Positions 1 to 9,091 of a stretch of DNA of 64,000 bases are shown piece by piece; the first letter of the stretch is position 1, and each line of letters begins with the position of its first letter. The notes beneath the pieces are model-generated. The model saw only the letters and a list, made by a program, of their open reading frames with translations. It did not search any database and had not been told where the DNA came from. The position numbers were made by a program, and so were the translations under genes. The stretch comes from Oscillospiraceae bacterium. GTDB taxonomy: Bacteria; Bacillota; Clostridia; Oscillospirales; QAMX01. Where the stretch lies: assembly GCA_015067675.1 (NCBI GenBank), contig SVMB01000003.1, positions 7,594 through 71,593 on the forward strand, in the 5' to 3' direction.

Positions 1-558
1 GTCAAGGAAGCGGTGAACCGCTTCTGTCGTGCATTCGCCGAGTTCCCCTTCCATGTCGGTACCCTCTATCGCGGCCCGCAGAATGCAGGCCCTGCAAACC
101 TCCTCTTCGCTTCTCCCACCGGCCACACCGCCACCATGACCTGCTACACCTACGATGATCTGGAAAGCTGGCGCTCGATTTACCCGGTGGATGTGTTCAC
201 CGGTCAGTTAAAGAAGCTCGCTGCAGGCTGGCAGGAGGGGCTTGACGTTCTTGCCGGTATGCCCGACTGCGACTTCAAGGATACTGCACGCATCTGCGGT
301 GCGCTGTTCTCCGCATCCTACAATCAGACGCTCTTTGTACAGGCGCGGGATGCCTTCCTGGCTTCTCCCACGGCTGAAAACCGTGCGGCGCTCATCTCCG
401 TGATTGCGGATGAGAAGAAGCTCGCCGAAGAGACGCTGCAGATTATGTACCGCGACGCCCGCGTGGGCTACGAAGCCGCCAATCACTACTACTTCAGCCG
501 CACGTCGCTGATGGAAAAGATCCTCAACTGCGCATGGCTTGAGCAGCATTTTGGCTGA
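1..558 (+). CDS. 3' part of uncharacterised glycoside-hydrolase-like protein, paralog of 591..3125 (starts upstream of window)
   Basis: Open frame from base 1; aligns with the C-terminus of the next gene (YRGPQNAGPAN, WRSIYPVDV, GYEAANHY.FSRTSLMEKILNCAWLE). Confidence 0.85.
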   Translation, partial: VKEAVNRFCRAFAEFPFHVGTLYRGPQNAGPANLLFASPTGHTATMTCYTYDDLESWRSIYPVDVFTGQLKKLAAGWQEGLDVLAGMPDCDFKDTARICGALFSASYNQTLFVQARDAFLASPTAENRAALISVIADEKKLAEETLQIMYRDARVGYEAANHYYFSRTSLMEKILNCAWLEQHFG

Positions 559-590
559 TTCTCTCCCCAAAGGCATACAGGAGGTACACC

Positions 591-3125
591 ATGTCCGATT
601 ACAAAGCGATCCTGCCCCCCGTACTGGACTCCATGAAGATCGAGCTTCCCCATTTTCCCACCCGGATGCAGGCGCTGATCTTCCGGCTCTGGGAAATGGT
701 CCCCGCCGCCACGCTTGCACGCATTCTCAGGACCGACGCCGCCACCGTTACGGCACTGGCCATGGATATGGGGCTAAGAGAGCAGGAAAATACCGATATC
801 TGGCAGAAATCCGGCTACATCACCATTATCCGCGCCGCCTGGCATCTTCTGCCCTATGAGCAGCTGTTGGATCTTCTCGGTTGGGATGCCGAACAGCTTG
901 CGTTCACGCTCCGCGAGGACGATTTTCTGCGTTCCAAGCTCGGAAACGGCAAATTCGACTGTGAACCGATCCTCTACGCGCCGCTGACCGCCGATGAACA
1001 GGCCGCCACCGCCCGTCTGCGCGCCGTCATCGAGCATCACGTGCGCATCCATGATTCCGAGATCACCGTCGCGCCTTTTGACTTCTTCGCCCAGTCCTAC
1101 AAGCCACGTACGCCCGGTCCCAGACCTGCCGACTGTCCCATCGATCTGCGTGACGGCTGGACGATCCGCATCGTCGCCTGCGATGCCCGCACCGCAGGTT
1201 TTGTGGAGGATTTCCGGGCAGACATGGCCCGCTGGGGCGTGGAATTTGTGCCCTCCGGCAAGCCCCTGACCGTCACCGTCGATGTCTCCCTGCTCTCCGA
1301 AGGGGAGGAGACCCACGAGGTCCGCATCACCGCCGATACCATCTGTGTCACCGGTGCCTCCCCCGTCGGCATCCTGCGGGGACTGTCCCATCTCTGCACG
1401 CTGGCCGATGCCGCAGGCGGTCCCTTCTTCAAGCCCTTCTTCTCTCACCGAAAGCCCACCTTTGACGCCCGCTTCATCTATTCCTACTGCGGCCTTTTCG
1501 GTACCGTTCTGGATACCGATACCGCCGTTTCCTATCCCGATGAACTGCTGCAGGCCTATGCCCGCGCCGGTGTCAACGGCGTCTGGCTGCAGGCCGTGCT
1601 CTATAAGGTGACCCGTTTCCCCTTTGATCCCTCCCTCTCCGAGGGGTGGGAGCAGCGGCAGGCCAGACTCCGTGATCTGGTGGAACGTGCCGCCCGCCGC
1701 GGCATCCGGGTTTATCTCTACATCAACGAGCCCCGTGCCATGCCTCTCAGCTTCTTTGACACCAGGCCGGAGCTGTGCGGTCATGTCCGCGGCGAATCCG
1801 CCTCCCTGTGTACCTCCCATCCCGAGGTACAGGCCTATCTGCGGGACAGCATCACGGATCTGTGTACCGCGGTTCCGGGACTCGGCGGCTTCTTCACCAT
1901 CTCCGTATCCGAGAATCAGACCAACTGCTATTCTCACGCCTACCAGCCCGGATACGACTGCGGCATCGACGATGTCACCGAGCAGACCTGTCCCCGCTGT
2001 CTCAGCCGCCAACCGTGGGATGTGGTGGCCGAGGCCAATTCCATCATTGCCGATGCGGCGTACGCCGTTGACCCGTCTATCAAAACCTTCGTCTGGACCT
2101 GGGGCTGGGGACGCATGGGCCGCGAGGGTATGCACAAGGCAATTGAGCTGCTCTCCCCCAACTGCATCGTACAGAACACCAGCGAGGAACGCATGGCGCT
2201 GGACATCGGCGGCGTAAAGAGTACGCTCAGCGACTACACCATGTCCCGCATCCCGCCCTCCGAGTCTAGCCGGGATGCCTGGGAGCAGGCGCTGGCCACA
2301 GGGCATCAGACCTCTGCCAAAGTTCAGCTCAACTGCACCTGGGAGGCTTCCACCGCGCCCTATATTCCTGTCTACGAGAATATTCTGGAACATATCCGCC
2401 GTCTGTGTGAAATTGGGGTGGGCAATCTACACCTGAGCTGGACGCTTGGCGGTTGGCCTTCGGAAAATCTAAAAATCGCTTCCTCCTTCTTCTTTGCCGA
2501 TCCGAATGTAAGCTATTCCTACGACGAGGCTCTGCGTAACTCCTACGGTGCCCATGCACCGGTGGTCAAAGCCGCCGTACACCGTTTCTGTGAAGCCTTT
2601 TCCCATTTCCCCTTCTATGTTATCTCGCTGTATCGTGGTCCGCAGAATGCAGGACCTGCGAATATCCTTTTCGCAAAGCCCTCCGGGCTGACCTCCACCA
2701 CCACCTGTTATGCCTACGACGATCTGGAAAACTGGCGCTCGATCTACCCGGTGGATGTCTACGCCGAGCAGTTCCGTCTCGTCGCCGAGGGTTGGCAGGA
2801 GGGACTGCGGCTGCTGGATTCGATGCCCGACTGTGACTTCAAGGATACTGCCCGCGTCTGCGGCGCACTGTTTTGTGCCTCCTACAACCAGATCCGGTTC
2901 GTACAGACCAGAGATGCTTACCTCGCGCACCCCTCCGAAGAGCTGCGCCGCGAGCTTCTTTCCCTCATCGCCGACGAAAAGCGCATTGCTGAAGATATCC
3001 TCGTACTCATGTACCGGGATGCCCGCATCGGCTACGAGGCCGCCAATCACTATCTGTTCAGCCGCACGTCGCTGATGGAAAAGATCCTCAACTGCGCATG
3101 GCTTGAGCGGCATTTTGCCGAGTAA
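591..3125 (+). CDS. Uncharacterised 844-aa protein with GH20/GH67-like N-terminal accessory domain and probable TIM-barrel hydrolase domain
   Basis: RBS GGAGG; EETHEVRITADTICVTGASPVGILRGL resembles GH20 domain 2; GVNGVWL and RGIRVYLYINE are barrel-like; no signal peptide. Confidence 0.65.
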   Translation: MSDYKAILPPVLDSMKIELPHFPTRMQALIFRLWEMVPAATLARILRTDAATVTALAMDMGLREQENTDIWQKSGYITIIRAAWHLLPYEQLLDLLGWDAEQLAFTLREDDFLRSKLGNGKFDCEPILYAPLTADEQAATARLRAVIEHHVRIHDSEITVAPFDFFAQSYKPRTPGPRPADCPIDLRDGWTIRIVACDARTAGFVEDFRADMARWGVEFVPSGKPLTVTVDVSLLSEGEETHEVRITADTICVTGASPVGILRGLSHLCTLADAAGGPFFKPFFSHRKPTFDARFIYSYCGLFGTVLDTDTAVSYPDELLQAYARAGVNGVWLQAVLYKVTRFPFDPSLSEGWEQRQARLRDLVERAARRGIRVYLYINEPRAMPLSFFDTRPELCGHVRGESASLCTSHPEVQAYLRDSITDLCTAVPGLGGFFTISVSENQTNCYSHAYQPGYDCGIDDVTEQTCPRCLSRQPWDVVAEANSIIADAAYAVDPSIKTFVWTWGWGRMGREGMHKAIELLSPNCIVQNTSEERMALDIGGVKSTLSDYTMSRIPPSESSRDAWEQALATGHQTSAKVQLNCTWEASTAPYIPVYENILEHIRRLCEIGVGNLHLSWTLGGWPSENLKIASSFFFADPNVSYSYDEALRNSYGAHAPVVKAAVHRFCEAFSHFPFYVISLYRGPQNAGPANILFAKPSGLTSTTTCYAYDDLENWRSIYPVDVYAEQFRLVAEGWQEGLRLLDSMPDCDFKDTARVCGALFCASYNQIRFVQTRDAYLAHPSEELRRELLSLIADEKRIAEDILVLMYRDARIGYEAANHYLFSRTSLMEKILNCAWLERHFAE

Positions 3126-3188
3126 CACAAAACGCCAGTCCGGATGTGGTTCCGGACTGGCGCTGCTGCATCCGGAGGTGAATATAAT

Positions 3189-3776
3189 GTGAAAAAGCTT
3201 CGTCTGATCGCCGTCACCCTGCTCATTGCGCTGCTCGCCGGCTGCAGTCTTGCTCCGCCGGATCTTTCTGTCACATACGCATCCATTTTCTTCGACGATC
3301 TTGAAAGTTACCATGAAGCAGCGCGGGAAAGACTTGGCGAAACCTATTCCCTGCCCTACTACAAGCCCGTGCGGCTCCCGGAGGGTGCAGAGCTTGAAAA
3401 GATTCAAGTTATGCCCGGAACTCGCTTTGATCTTGACTATCGCATCCCTGTCAACGAGAAGAAATCGGTCTTTGCTGAACTTGAAGTCAGCCGTTTGCTC
3501 TGGGATGCTGAGGAATACCGCAAAAACACTGCTGATTCTGAGCTGTGGACACGTCCGCAGTATGAATACAACGGCCTGACTGCGTATTATTCCTATCACG
3601 AAGCTAACCCCGATTATCAGGATGATGTCCCCACTCACCAGTTCTTCTTTCTGCTGGATGGTTACTGGATGACCGTCTCTATTCCCGAAACCATTCTCGC
3701 AGACGGCAAGCCTTACACGCTGAGCATTGAGGAAGCCCTGACCTATCTGGAACTAGAACGGGTGGAGGTTGAATAG
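3189..3776 (+). CDS. Hypothetical lipoprotein
   Basis: GGAGGTG RBS, GTG start, signal MKKLRLIAVTLLIALLAG-C with lipobox. Confidence 0.8.
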   Translation: MKKLRLIAVTLLIALLAGCSLAPPDLSVTYASIFFDDLESYHEAARERLGETYSLPYYKPVRLPEGAELEKIQVMPGTRFDLDYRIPVNEKKSVFAELEVSRLLWDAEEYRKNTADSELWTRPQYEYNGLTAYYSYHEANPDYQDDVPTHQFFFLLDGYWMTVSIPETILADGKPYTLSIEEALTYLELERVEVE

Positions 3777-3782
3777 ATGCAC

Positions 3783-3816
3783 AAAGTCCCGGAGCTTACC
3801 GCTCCGGGACTTTTTT
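3783..3816. terminator. Bidirectional intrinsic terminator
   Basis: AAAGTCCCGGAGC-TTACC-GCTCCGGGACTTTTTT between convergent genes. Confidence 0.85.
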
Positions 3817-5101
3817 ATCCGGCGCATTTCTGCGCGATCTCCCTCGTGACTGTAAGGAACCGGTCGATATCCGCCGCACCGTGGCAGTGCATGGGCGACA
3901 CGCGCACCGCCCCCGGGATGTCAAGCGCCTCCACGATGCGCTGGGAGTACATACTCTCCCGCACGCGCTCGCAGACGATCATGCCGCGTCTGCGGTATTC
4001 CTCCACGAGTTCCGGAAAACCGATGCCGTCGATGCCCACCGCCGCGATCAGGTCGCGTTTTGTCAGGTCGGGGGCGTCGGCGTACACCTGCACGCCGGGG
4101 ATATGCCGCAAGCCGGGGCAGTCGGGGGTACCTTCCAGCATCCGGCAGAGCAGTGCCCGCTCCTGCAGATGGATGCGCCGCATACCCTCGGCGTAGAGTG
4201 CTGCCCGGTCAGTGGATTGGATAAACTGCGCGCCAAGGAAGCAGACGTAATCGATCACCGCGCTCATAGCTGCAAAGTTGCCGGGAGACGGCGTACCCAG
4301 TTCAAACACCGTCTGGGGCTTTCCCAGCAGCTTGTGATGGCGAAGCCGCGCCACCCGGTCGGACATCCATGCAAAGCCGCAGCCCCGCACGCCGAAGAAT
4401 TTATAGGGCGCGAAGTTCATGCCGTCCAGCCCCAGCGTTTCGGCATGGAGCTGACAGTGAGGCGCGTGCTGCACGGCGTCGCTGATGATGAACAGATCGG
4501 GCTTCACCGCCCGGGCTTTTGTCACGATCTCCGCCATATCCATGATGGCACCGGAGATGTTGGAGGCTGACATCACGCTGAGCAGGCAGGTTTCATCGTC
4601 CACAAGTGCTGCTGCGGCATCCGGGTCAATGCCTCCGGTGACGTGATCGGCCGGGATTACCCGCAGCTCCCGTCCCAGCTTTTCGCAGTAATACGCCACC
4701 GCATCAAAGGCCGACGGATGCTCCAGTGAGGAGACCACGGCGTTTTTGCCGGAGACATTTTCCATGATGATGCCCACCATCTGAAACATCGTCTGGGACG
4801 CGGTGAGCTCCGTCATCACAGCGCCCGTTTTTGCCCCGAATACCAGCTCCCGGAGCTCGTCCGTGCCTGCGGTGACGAGCTTTTTGAGCTTCTGCGCCTG
4901 CGGATGGGTACGCTCCGGGCAGTCGGGGTATGCTTCAAACGCCGCTTTTGCCTCCACGGCGGCTTTCAAGCGCAGCGAGCCGCCGGAGTTGTCAAAAAAC
5001 AGCCGTTTTCCCGTCTCCGGATCGGAATCCGCGTAATAAAACCGGCTTTTCAGCGTTCGGATCAACGTTTCGTCAAAGAGGTGTTCGTCTACATAACTCA
5101 T
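3815..5101 (-). CDS. Class V PLP-dependent aminotransferase-fold enzyme (SufS/NifS-like)
   Basis: FFDNSGGS, LEHPS, SDAVQHAPH, FAPYKFFG (PLP lysine), VRVSPMH. Confidence 0.85.
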   Translation of the reverse strand: MSYVDEHLFDETLIRTLKSRFYYADSDPETGKRLFFDNSGGSLRLKAAVEAKAAFEAYPDCPERTHPQAQKLKKLVTAGTDELRELVFGAKTGAVMTELTASQTMFQMVGIIMENVSGKNAVVSSLEHPSAFDAVAYYCEKLGRELRVIPADHVTGGIDPDAAAALVDDETCLLSVMSASNISGAIMDMAEIVTKARAVKPDLFIISDAVQHAPHCQLHAETLGLDGMNFAPYKFFGVRGCGFAWMSDRVARLRHHKLLGKPQTVFELGTPSPGNFAAMSAVIDYVCFLGAQFIQSTDRAALYAEGMRRIHLQERALLCRMLEGTPDCPGLRHIPGVQVYADAPDLTKRDLIAAVGIDGIGFPELVEEYRRRGMIVCERVRESMYSQRIVEALDIPGAVRVSPMHCHGAADIDRFLTVTREIAQKCAG

Positions 5102-5113
5102 ATCGTTCCCTCC

Positions 5114-6235
5114 TCAGTCCGGAATCAGACAGCCCAGCTTCACGTAGCGGATCGCGTCCTTGCCGCGCACGGCGGGATTGCCGTTCTGGTATTCAAGGCA
5201 AAGCTCGCTGGTACTGTAGGCCAAATACAGCTCGTTCATGATGTCGGCAAGACAGATATTGACCATGCCGCAGGGACGGTAGAGGTCGGCAACGACGACG
5301 TTCTGATTGGGATCGGGATTCTCGCCGTAATAAAGCCGGATAGAGGTTCTGCCCTGCTGAATCGCGGGACGATGCTGGGTATCGCCGTTATAGTAGTTGC
5401 AGGAGGTGAGGATATGGCCGTTATAGATCAGCATACGCGGACGGCACTGAATGCTTTCCTCATAGGCCACAGGAGATGCCCAGGTTTTGCCCATGTCCCC
5501 GGAGGAGGTAAAGAAGATGCTTCCGATGTCCAGATCGGTGCGGTAGATGGCGTAGAGTTTCCCGTTTAAGAAGCGGTACTCAAACTCATACTGAGCAGGA
5601 TAGGGGCAGACGGCGAAAAACTCCACCGTCGCGCCGCCGTCGGCTGAGCGATAGAGAATCGGCTCGGCGTAATAGCTCACCGCCGCGCCGTAGGTGTAAC
5701 CGTCCTCGCCCCGGAGGTAGGCGCAGTGGCCTACCTGCTCGGTGGGGACATATTTGTGGTTTGAGTATCCCTGTTCTTCCAGATAGCGGAATTCTGCCGA
5801 CAGGCAGAGAGGTTCCAGGCTGCCGTCGGGGTGTTTGACCATGACCCGCTGCTCCTCACTCAGTGTATCGGTGAGGAAGTCATAGTCCCGGTAGCAGTTA
5901 TCGTGATCGCCCTCAGCACGGCTGTCCTTTTCATAGAACACGCGCACACGTCCCTCACCGAGGCCGCAGATGTTCTCACAGTACACGTCATTCCCCTCTG
6001 CGACGGTGACAAAGCGGATATTGGTGGGCTGGGAGGCCGGGAAACAGGACAGGGCGATTTTGCCCCGGGACTCGCCGTAATGGCCCTGAAATCCGGGCAT
6101 ATAGGCGCAGAACATGATGCCGTATTTGGAGTCAAAGGCGAGGGCCGCGCCGTCGGCGCTGGTCTGGGTCAGGCCGTCGCTGATCTGGGTGGAGTATTCA
6201 AGCTTTGCGCGGAGTTCTTCAGTGGTGTAATTCAT
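5114..6235 (-). CDS. Sialidase-like / BNR Asp-box beta-propeller protein
   Basis: Asp boxes RSADGGATV and SSGDMGKTW; no signal peptide. Confidence 0.6.
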   Translation of the reverse strand: MNYTTEELRAKLEYSTQISDGLTQTSADGAALAFDSKYGIMFCAYMPGFQGHYGESRGKIALSCFPASQPTNIRFVTVAEGNDVYCENICGLGEGRVRVFYEKDSRAEGDHDNCYRDYDFLTDTLSEEQRVMVKHPDGSLEPLCLSAEFRYLEEQGYSNHKYVPTEQVGHCAYLRGEDGYTYGAAVSYYAEPILYRSADGGATVEFFAVCPYPAQYEFEYRFLNGKLYAIYRTDLDIGSIFFTSSGDMGKTWASPVAYEESIQCRPRMLIYNGHILTSCNYYNGDTQHRPAIQQGRTSIRLYYGENPDPNQNVVVADLYRPCGMVNICLADIMNELYLAYSTSELCLEYQNGNPAVRGKDAIRYVKLGCLIPD

Positions 6236-6320
6236 GGGGAGAACCGTCCTTTCATGACTTGGATGGTTTCAGGATAGCATACAGAAAAAGAAATGTCCAT
6301 TGAAGATTTGCGTCTTTCTA

Positions 6321-6349
6321 TTGCAAATCCCGCAAATCCATGATATCAT
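6321..6349 (+). promoter_or_regulatory. sigmaA-type promoter of the AraC gene (probably leaderless transcript)
   Basis: TTGCAA-N17-TATCAT with extended TG; ATG follows the -10 after a 6-nt gap; no SD. Confidence 0.6.
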
Positions 6350-6355
6350 CAGCAT

Positions 6356-7159
6356 ATGAACAGTTTTACCATCAACCGCCGCGTTTCAGATTCTCTGAGC
6401 TTCGTCTATTCCCGCGGCATCGAAAACTTCGCCCGCAGCACCATCCATCCCTGGCATGAGCTGCTTTACTACATCGACGGAGACGTAACCTTTCTCTCAG
6501 AACACTTTCAGGATGAGCTGCAGCCGGGAAGTTTTGTGCTGATCCCCCGCGGAAGCTTCCATCACTTTTTCCTCCGCGATCCTGCCCGCTTCACGCGGCT
6601 GGCCATCTATCTCTCCGATGACGACTTTCTGCCCGTCATTGCCCATTCCGGCGTTCTGTCGTCGCTGCGCATCCTGCCCTCTCCCTCATCTGCCCTGCGC
6701 TATCCGCTGGAGCGCATCTGCCGCGCACTGGAAGCAGGTACGAATGATGAACGCTGTACCGCCCTTTTGACCGGCGCTGTCTCGCTTCTGCTTGCAGAGC
6801 TTGCACTCACGGATGCCGCGTCCGAATCCCCTCCCCGCCGCGCTACCGATCCCCTCATCGCGGACTGTATCCGCCACATCGACACCCATCCCGGCGACGA
6901 TCTGCGCACAGAGACGCTGGCGCAGCAGCTCGCAGTCTCGGCATCCACGCTGCAGCATCGCTTCAAATGCGAGCTGGGCGTGCCGCTGTATCGTTACATC
7001 ACCGAGCGCCGTCTCACGTACGCCCGGCGGCTCATCGCACAGGGAGAAAATCCCACCGGCGTTTACGCTGCCAGCGGCTACAACGACTATTCGGCCTTTT
7101 ACCGTGCCTACTGCAAGTATTTTGGTCACGCGCCGTCGGACGACAAGGGTAAAGTGTGA
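6356..7159 (+). CDS. AraC family transcriptional regulator
   Basis: N-terminal cupin (HPWHELLYYIDG), C-terminal double HTH (LAQQLAVSASTLQHRFK...SGYNDYSAFYRAYCKYFG). Confidence 0.95.
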   Translation: MNSFTINRRVSDSLSFVYSRGIENFARSTIHPWHELLYYIDGDVTFLSEHFQDELQPGSFVLIPRGSFHHFFLRDPARFTRLAIYLSDDDFLPVIAHSGVLSSLRILPSPSSALRYPLERICRALEAGTNDERCTALLTGAVSLLLAELALTDAASESPPRRATDPLIADCIRHIDTHPGDDLRTETLAQQLAVSASTLQHRFKCELGVPLYRYITERRLTYARRLIAQGENPTGVYAASGYNDYSAFYRAYCKYFGHAPSDDKGKV

Positions 7160-7215
7160 GCTTCTTAATCCTGCTCTTCATAGATGCCAATCAACTGTTT
7201 GCGAGGTGATTTGAA

Positions 7216-7857
7216 ATGTTCCGAAAAAAAGTGTATCTGTTTTCCCTTCTGCTGCTGTGTATCATTGCACTGACCGCTTGTGCATCCACGCAAACCGCGC
7301 AGCAGACGACAACCTCCCCCACCGTCACCTATGCTACCCTCAATGGTCCCTGTACCGTCACTGCCGCCGCGCAACTGGCTCCCGAGGTTTATGAAAGCAT
7401 TGATGAGTATCTGCAGGATGCAGAAGTAAAAGCCGTGTCTGAAATATTCCTTCCTGTCCAGGTGCCCTACGATGCAGAAGTTTACCGAATCATCTCCCGA
7501 CCCGACAGTTATCTCTCTTTTGAGTATTCGGTATTCGATTCCGATAAGACCGGATACGATCAGAAAGCCATCTACACGCAGCATCTCGGCGATGCAAAGG
7601 GGAATCTGGAAAGTGTCGTGTTCGACAACATCGAAATCTACACCGAACTGACGCACAACGGTCAGACTTTCTACTACAACTATGATTATGCCCGCGAAGA
7701 GGTCTCCGGTGTCGCCATGCATTGCTTCTGCTTTGTCCATGACGGCCACTTCTTCTCCGTAGCAATTCCTGCCAAGGCTTCTCCCGAGGCAAAAGACATT
7801 CTTTCCATCGAAAAAGCTCTGACCTACCTCGAGCTGGAACCCATAAAGCTCGACTAA
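7216..7857 (+). CDS. Hypothetical lipoprotein, distant paralog of 3189..3776
   Basis: GAGGTG RBS; lipobox LTA-C; C-terminal LSIEKALTYLELE. Confidence 0.8.
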   Translation: MFRKKVYLFSLLLLCIIALTACASTQTAQQTTTSPTVTYATLNGPCTVTAAAQLAPEVYESIDEYLQDAEVKAVSEIFLPVQVPYDAEVYRIISRPDSYLSFEYSVFDSDKTGYDQKAIYTQHLGDAKGNLESVVFDNIEIYTELTHNGQTFYYNYDYAREEVSGVAMHCFCFVHDGHFFSVAIPAKASPEAKDILSIEKALTYLELEPIKLD

Positions 7858-7870
7858 CCCCTGCACACGC

Positions 7871-7906
7871 ACAGGCGGCGTACCGGATATCCGGTACGCC
7901 GCCTGT
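7871..7906. terminator. 36-bp perfect palindrome, probable bidirectional terminator
   Basis: ACAGGCGGCGTACCGGAT|ATCCGGTACGCCGCCTGT between convergent genes. Confidence 0.7.
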
Positions 7907-7927
7907 TTACTTTCAGATCTGCCGCGA

Positions 7928-8917
7928 TCACGCTTTCAGCGGGATGCGGATGCTGTAGGTGTCCGTCACGTGGTCGAAGGTATCGTCAGGCTGGGGTTCC
8001 ATCACCGCGCAGAGAAGGAGGCGCGGCACGCCGTCCTCGATATAGAGCTGCGGGCGATCCAGCAGCCGCAGCGGGCGGATATCGCCGCCGCCGAAGTCCA
8101 GCTCACGCCGGTAGGCCAGCGGATGCTCGTCCGGACGCCAGTCGAAGCCGTTTTTAGAGACAAAATGGGCAAAACAGTGCTTCTGTGCGCCGGTAAAGTA
8201 CCCCTGAAAGTCCTTGACCACGGTGTGATACTGCCCGTCCTGATACCAGAGGAAGGGATCCTCCACGGACCAGGCATCCTCGGGGTTTTCAAAAATAGGC
8301 TTGCCGTACTTGACAAAGGGTCCGTCGGGGGCATCGGCGATGGCCGCGCCGCAGAGGACTTTGCCGCCCTTGGGCAGCGGTCCGCTGTGATCCACAGCCT
8401 TATAGATCATCAGAATCTTCCCCTCCGGCGTCACCGTCGCCGTGGGGTTGGAGGTCATCAGCGAATCAATCCCGCCGGGAGTCACGTCGATGAGCCGTTC
8501 ATTGACAAATTCCCACTCGCCCTCGGGATCGGTGCAGCAGGCCACGCCAATGCGCTGGTTATTGCGATGCTCCCAGACATCGCCGTGGCCGTAGTTATTC
8601 ATGCAGTAGAGCCAGTGACGTCCGCCGTGGGTGATGACGGTGGGATTATGTACCACGTGCCATGAGCCGTCAGGCCCCGGCTCCCGTCCGAAGAGCTGCC
8701 GTACAAACCGGAACTCGCCCAGCAGCGAGTCAGCACGAGCCAGGCACACCTCCGAATGGGTTACCCAGCCGATGAAGCCGTGTTCCTTTTCCCAGCGGGA
8801 ATAGATCATATAGAAGGCGTCCCCGTGCCGGAACATGGTGGAGCACCAGACAAAATATCCTTCGTCACGGAATTTCAGGCTTTCCGACGTGGGCAGCAGC
8901 AGCTCATTGAAATCCAT
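7928..8917 (-). CDS. Five-bladed beta-propeller glycoside hydrolase (GH43/GH117-like)
   Basis: YMIYSRW, HNPTV, SNPTA, VEDPFLW, DRPQL motifs. Confidence 0.75.
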   Translation of the reverse strand: MDFNELLLPTSESLKFRDEGYFVWCSTMFRHGDAFYMIYSRWEKEHGFIGWVTHSEVCLARADSLLGEFRFVRQLFGREPGPDGSWHVVHNPTVITHGGRHWLYCMNNYGHGDVWEHRNNQRIGVACCTDPEGEWEFVNERLIDVTPGGIDSLMTSNPTATVTPEGKILMIYKAVDHSGPLPKGGKVLCGAAIADAPDGPFVKYGKPIFENPEDAWSVEDPFLWYQDGQYHTVVKDFQGYFTGAQKHCFAHFVSKNGFDWRPDEHPLAYRRELDFGGGDIRPLRLLDRPQLYIEDGVPRLLLCAVMEPQPDDTFDHVTDTYSIRIPLKA

Positions 8918-9039
8918 ATCGCACCTCTGATTGTGTTTTTACTTAGTTTATCACCCCATTTTGGCCTCGTCAAGCGGTTCAGCCAGGATTATCCCCACCA
9001 CTTCCGGTATTTTCTCCACCTTTTCGGTTTTGGGGGACG

Positions 9040-9071
9040 AAAAAGCGGCCCTTCCTTATCGGAAGGGCCGC
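9040..9071 (-). terminator. Intrinsic terminator of the acyl-CoA ligase gene
   Basis: Minus strand GCGGCCCTTCC-GATAA-GGAAGGGCCGC-TTTTT. Confidence 0.85.
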
Positions 9072-9091
9072 CAGATCATGCAGCCAGGTTC

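Noticed and set aside
1-7857. Paralog pairs as DGR template/variable repeats
   Set aside because: Differences are not adenine-specific and no reverse transcriptase is present
7871-7906. Perfect 36-bp palindrome as a recombination or telomere-resolution site
   Set aside because: GC-rich, between convergent genes, no recombinase nearby; a terminator is the simpler explanation
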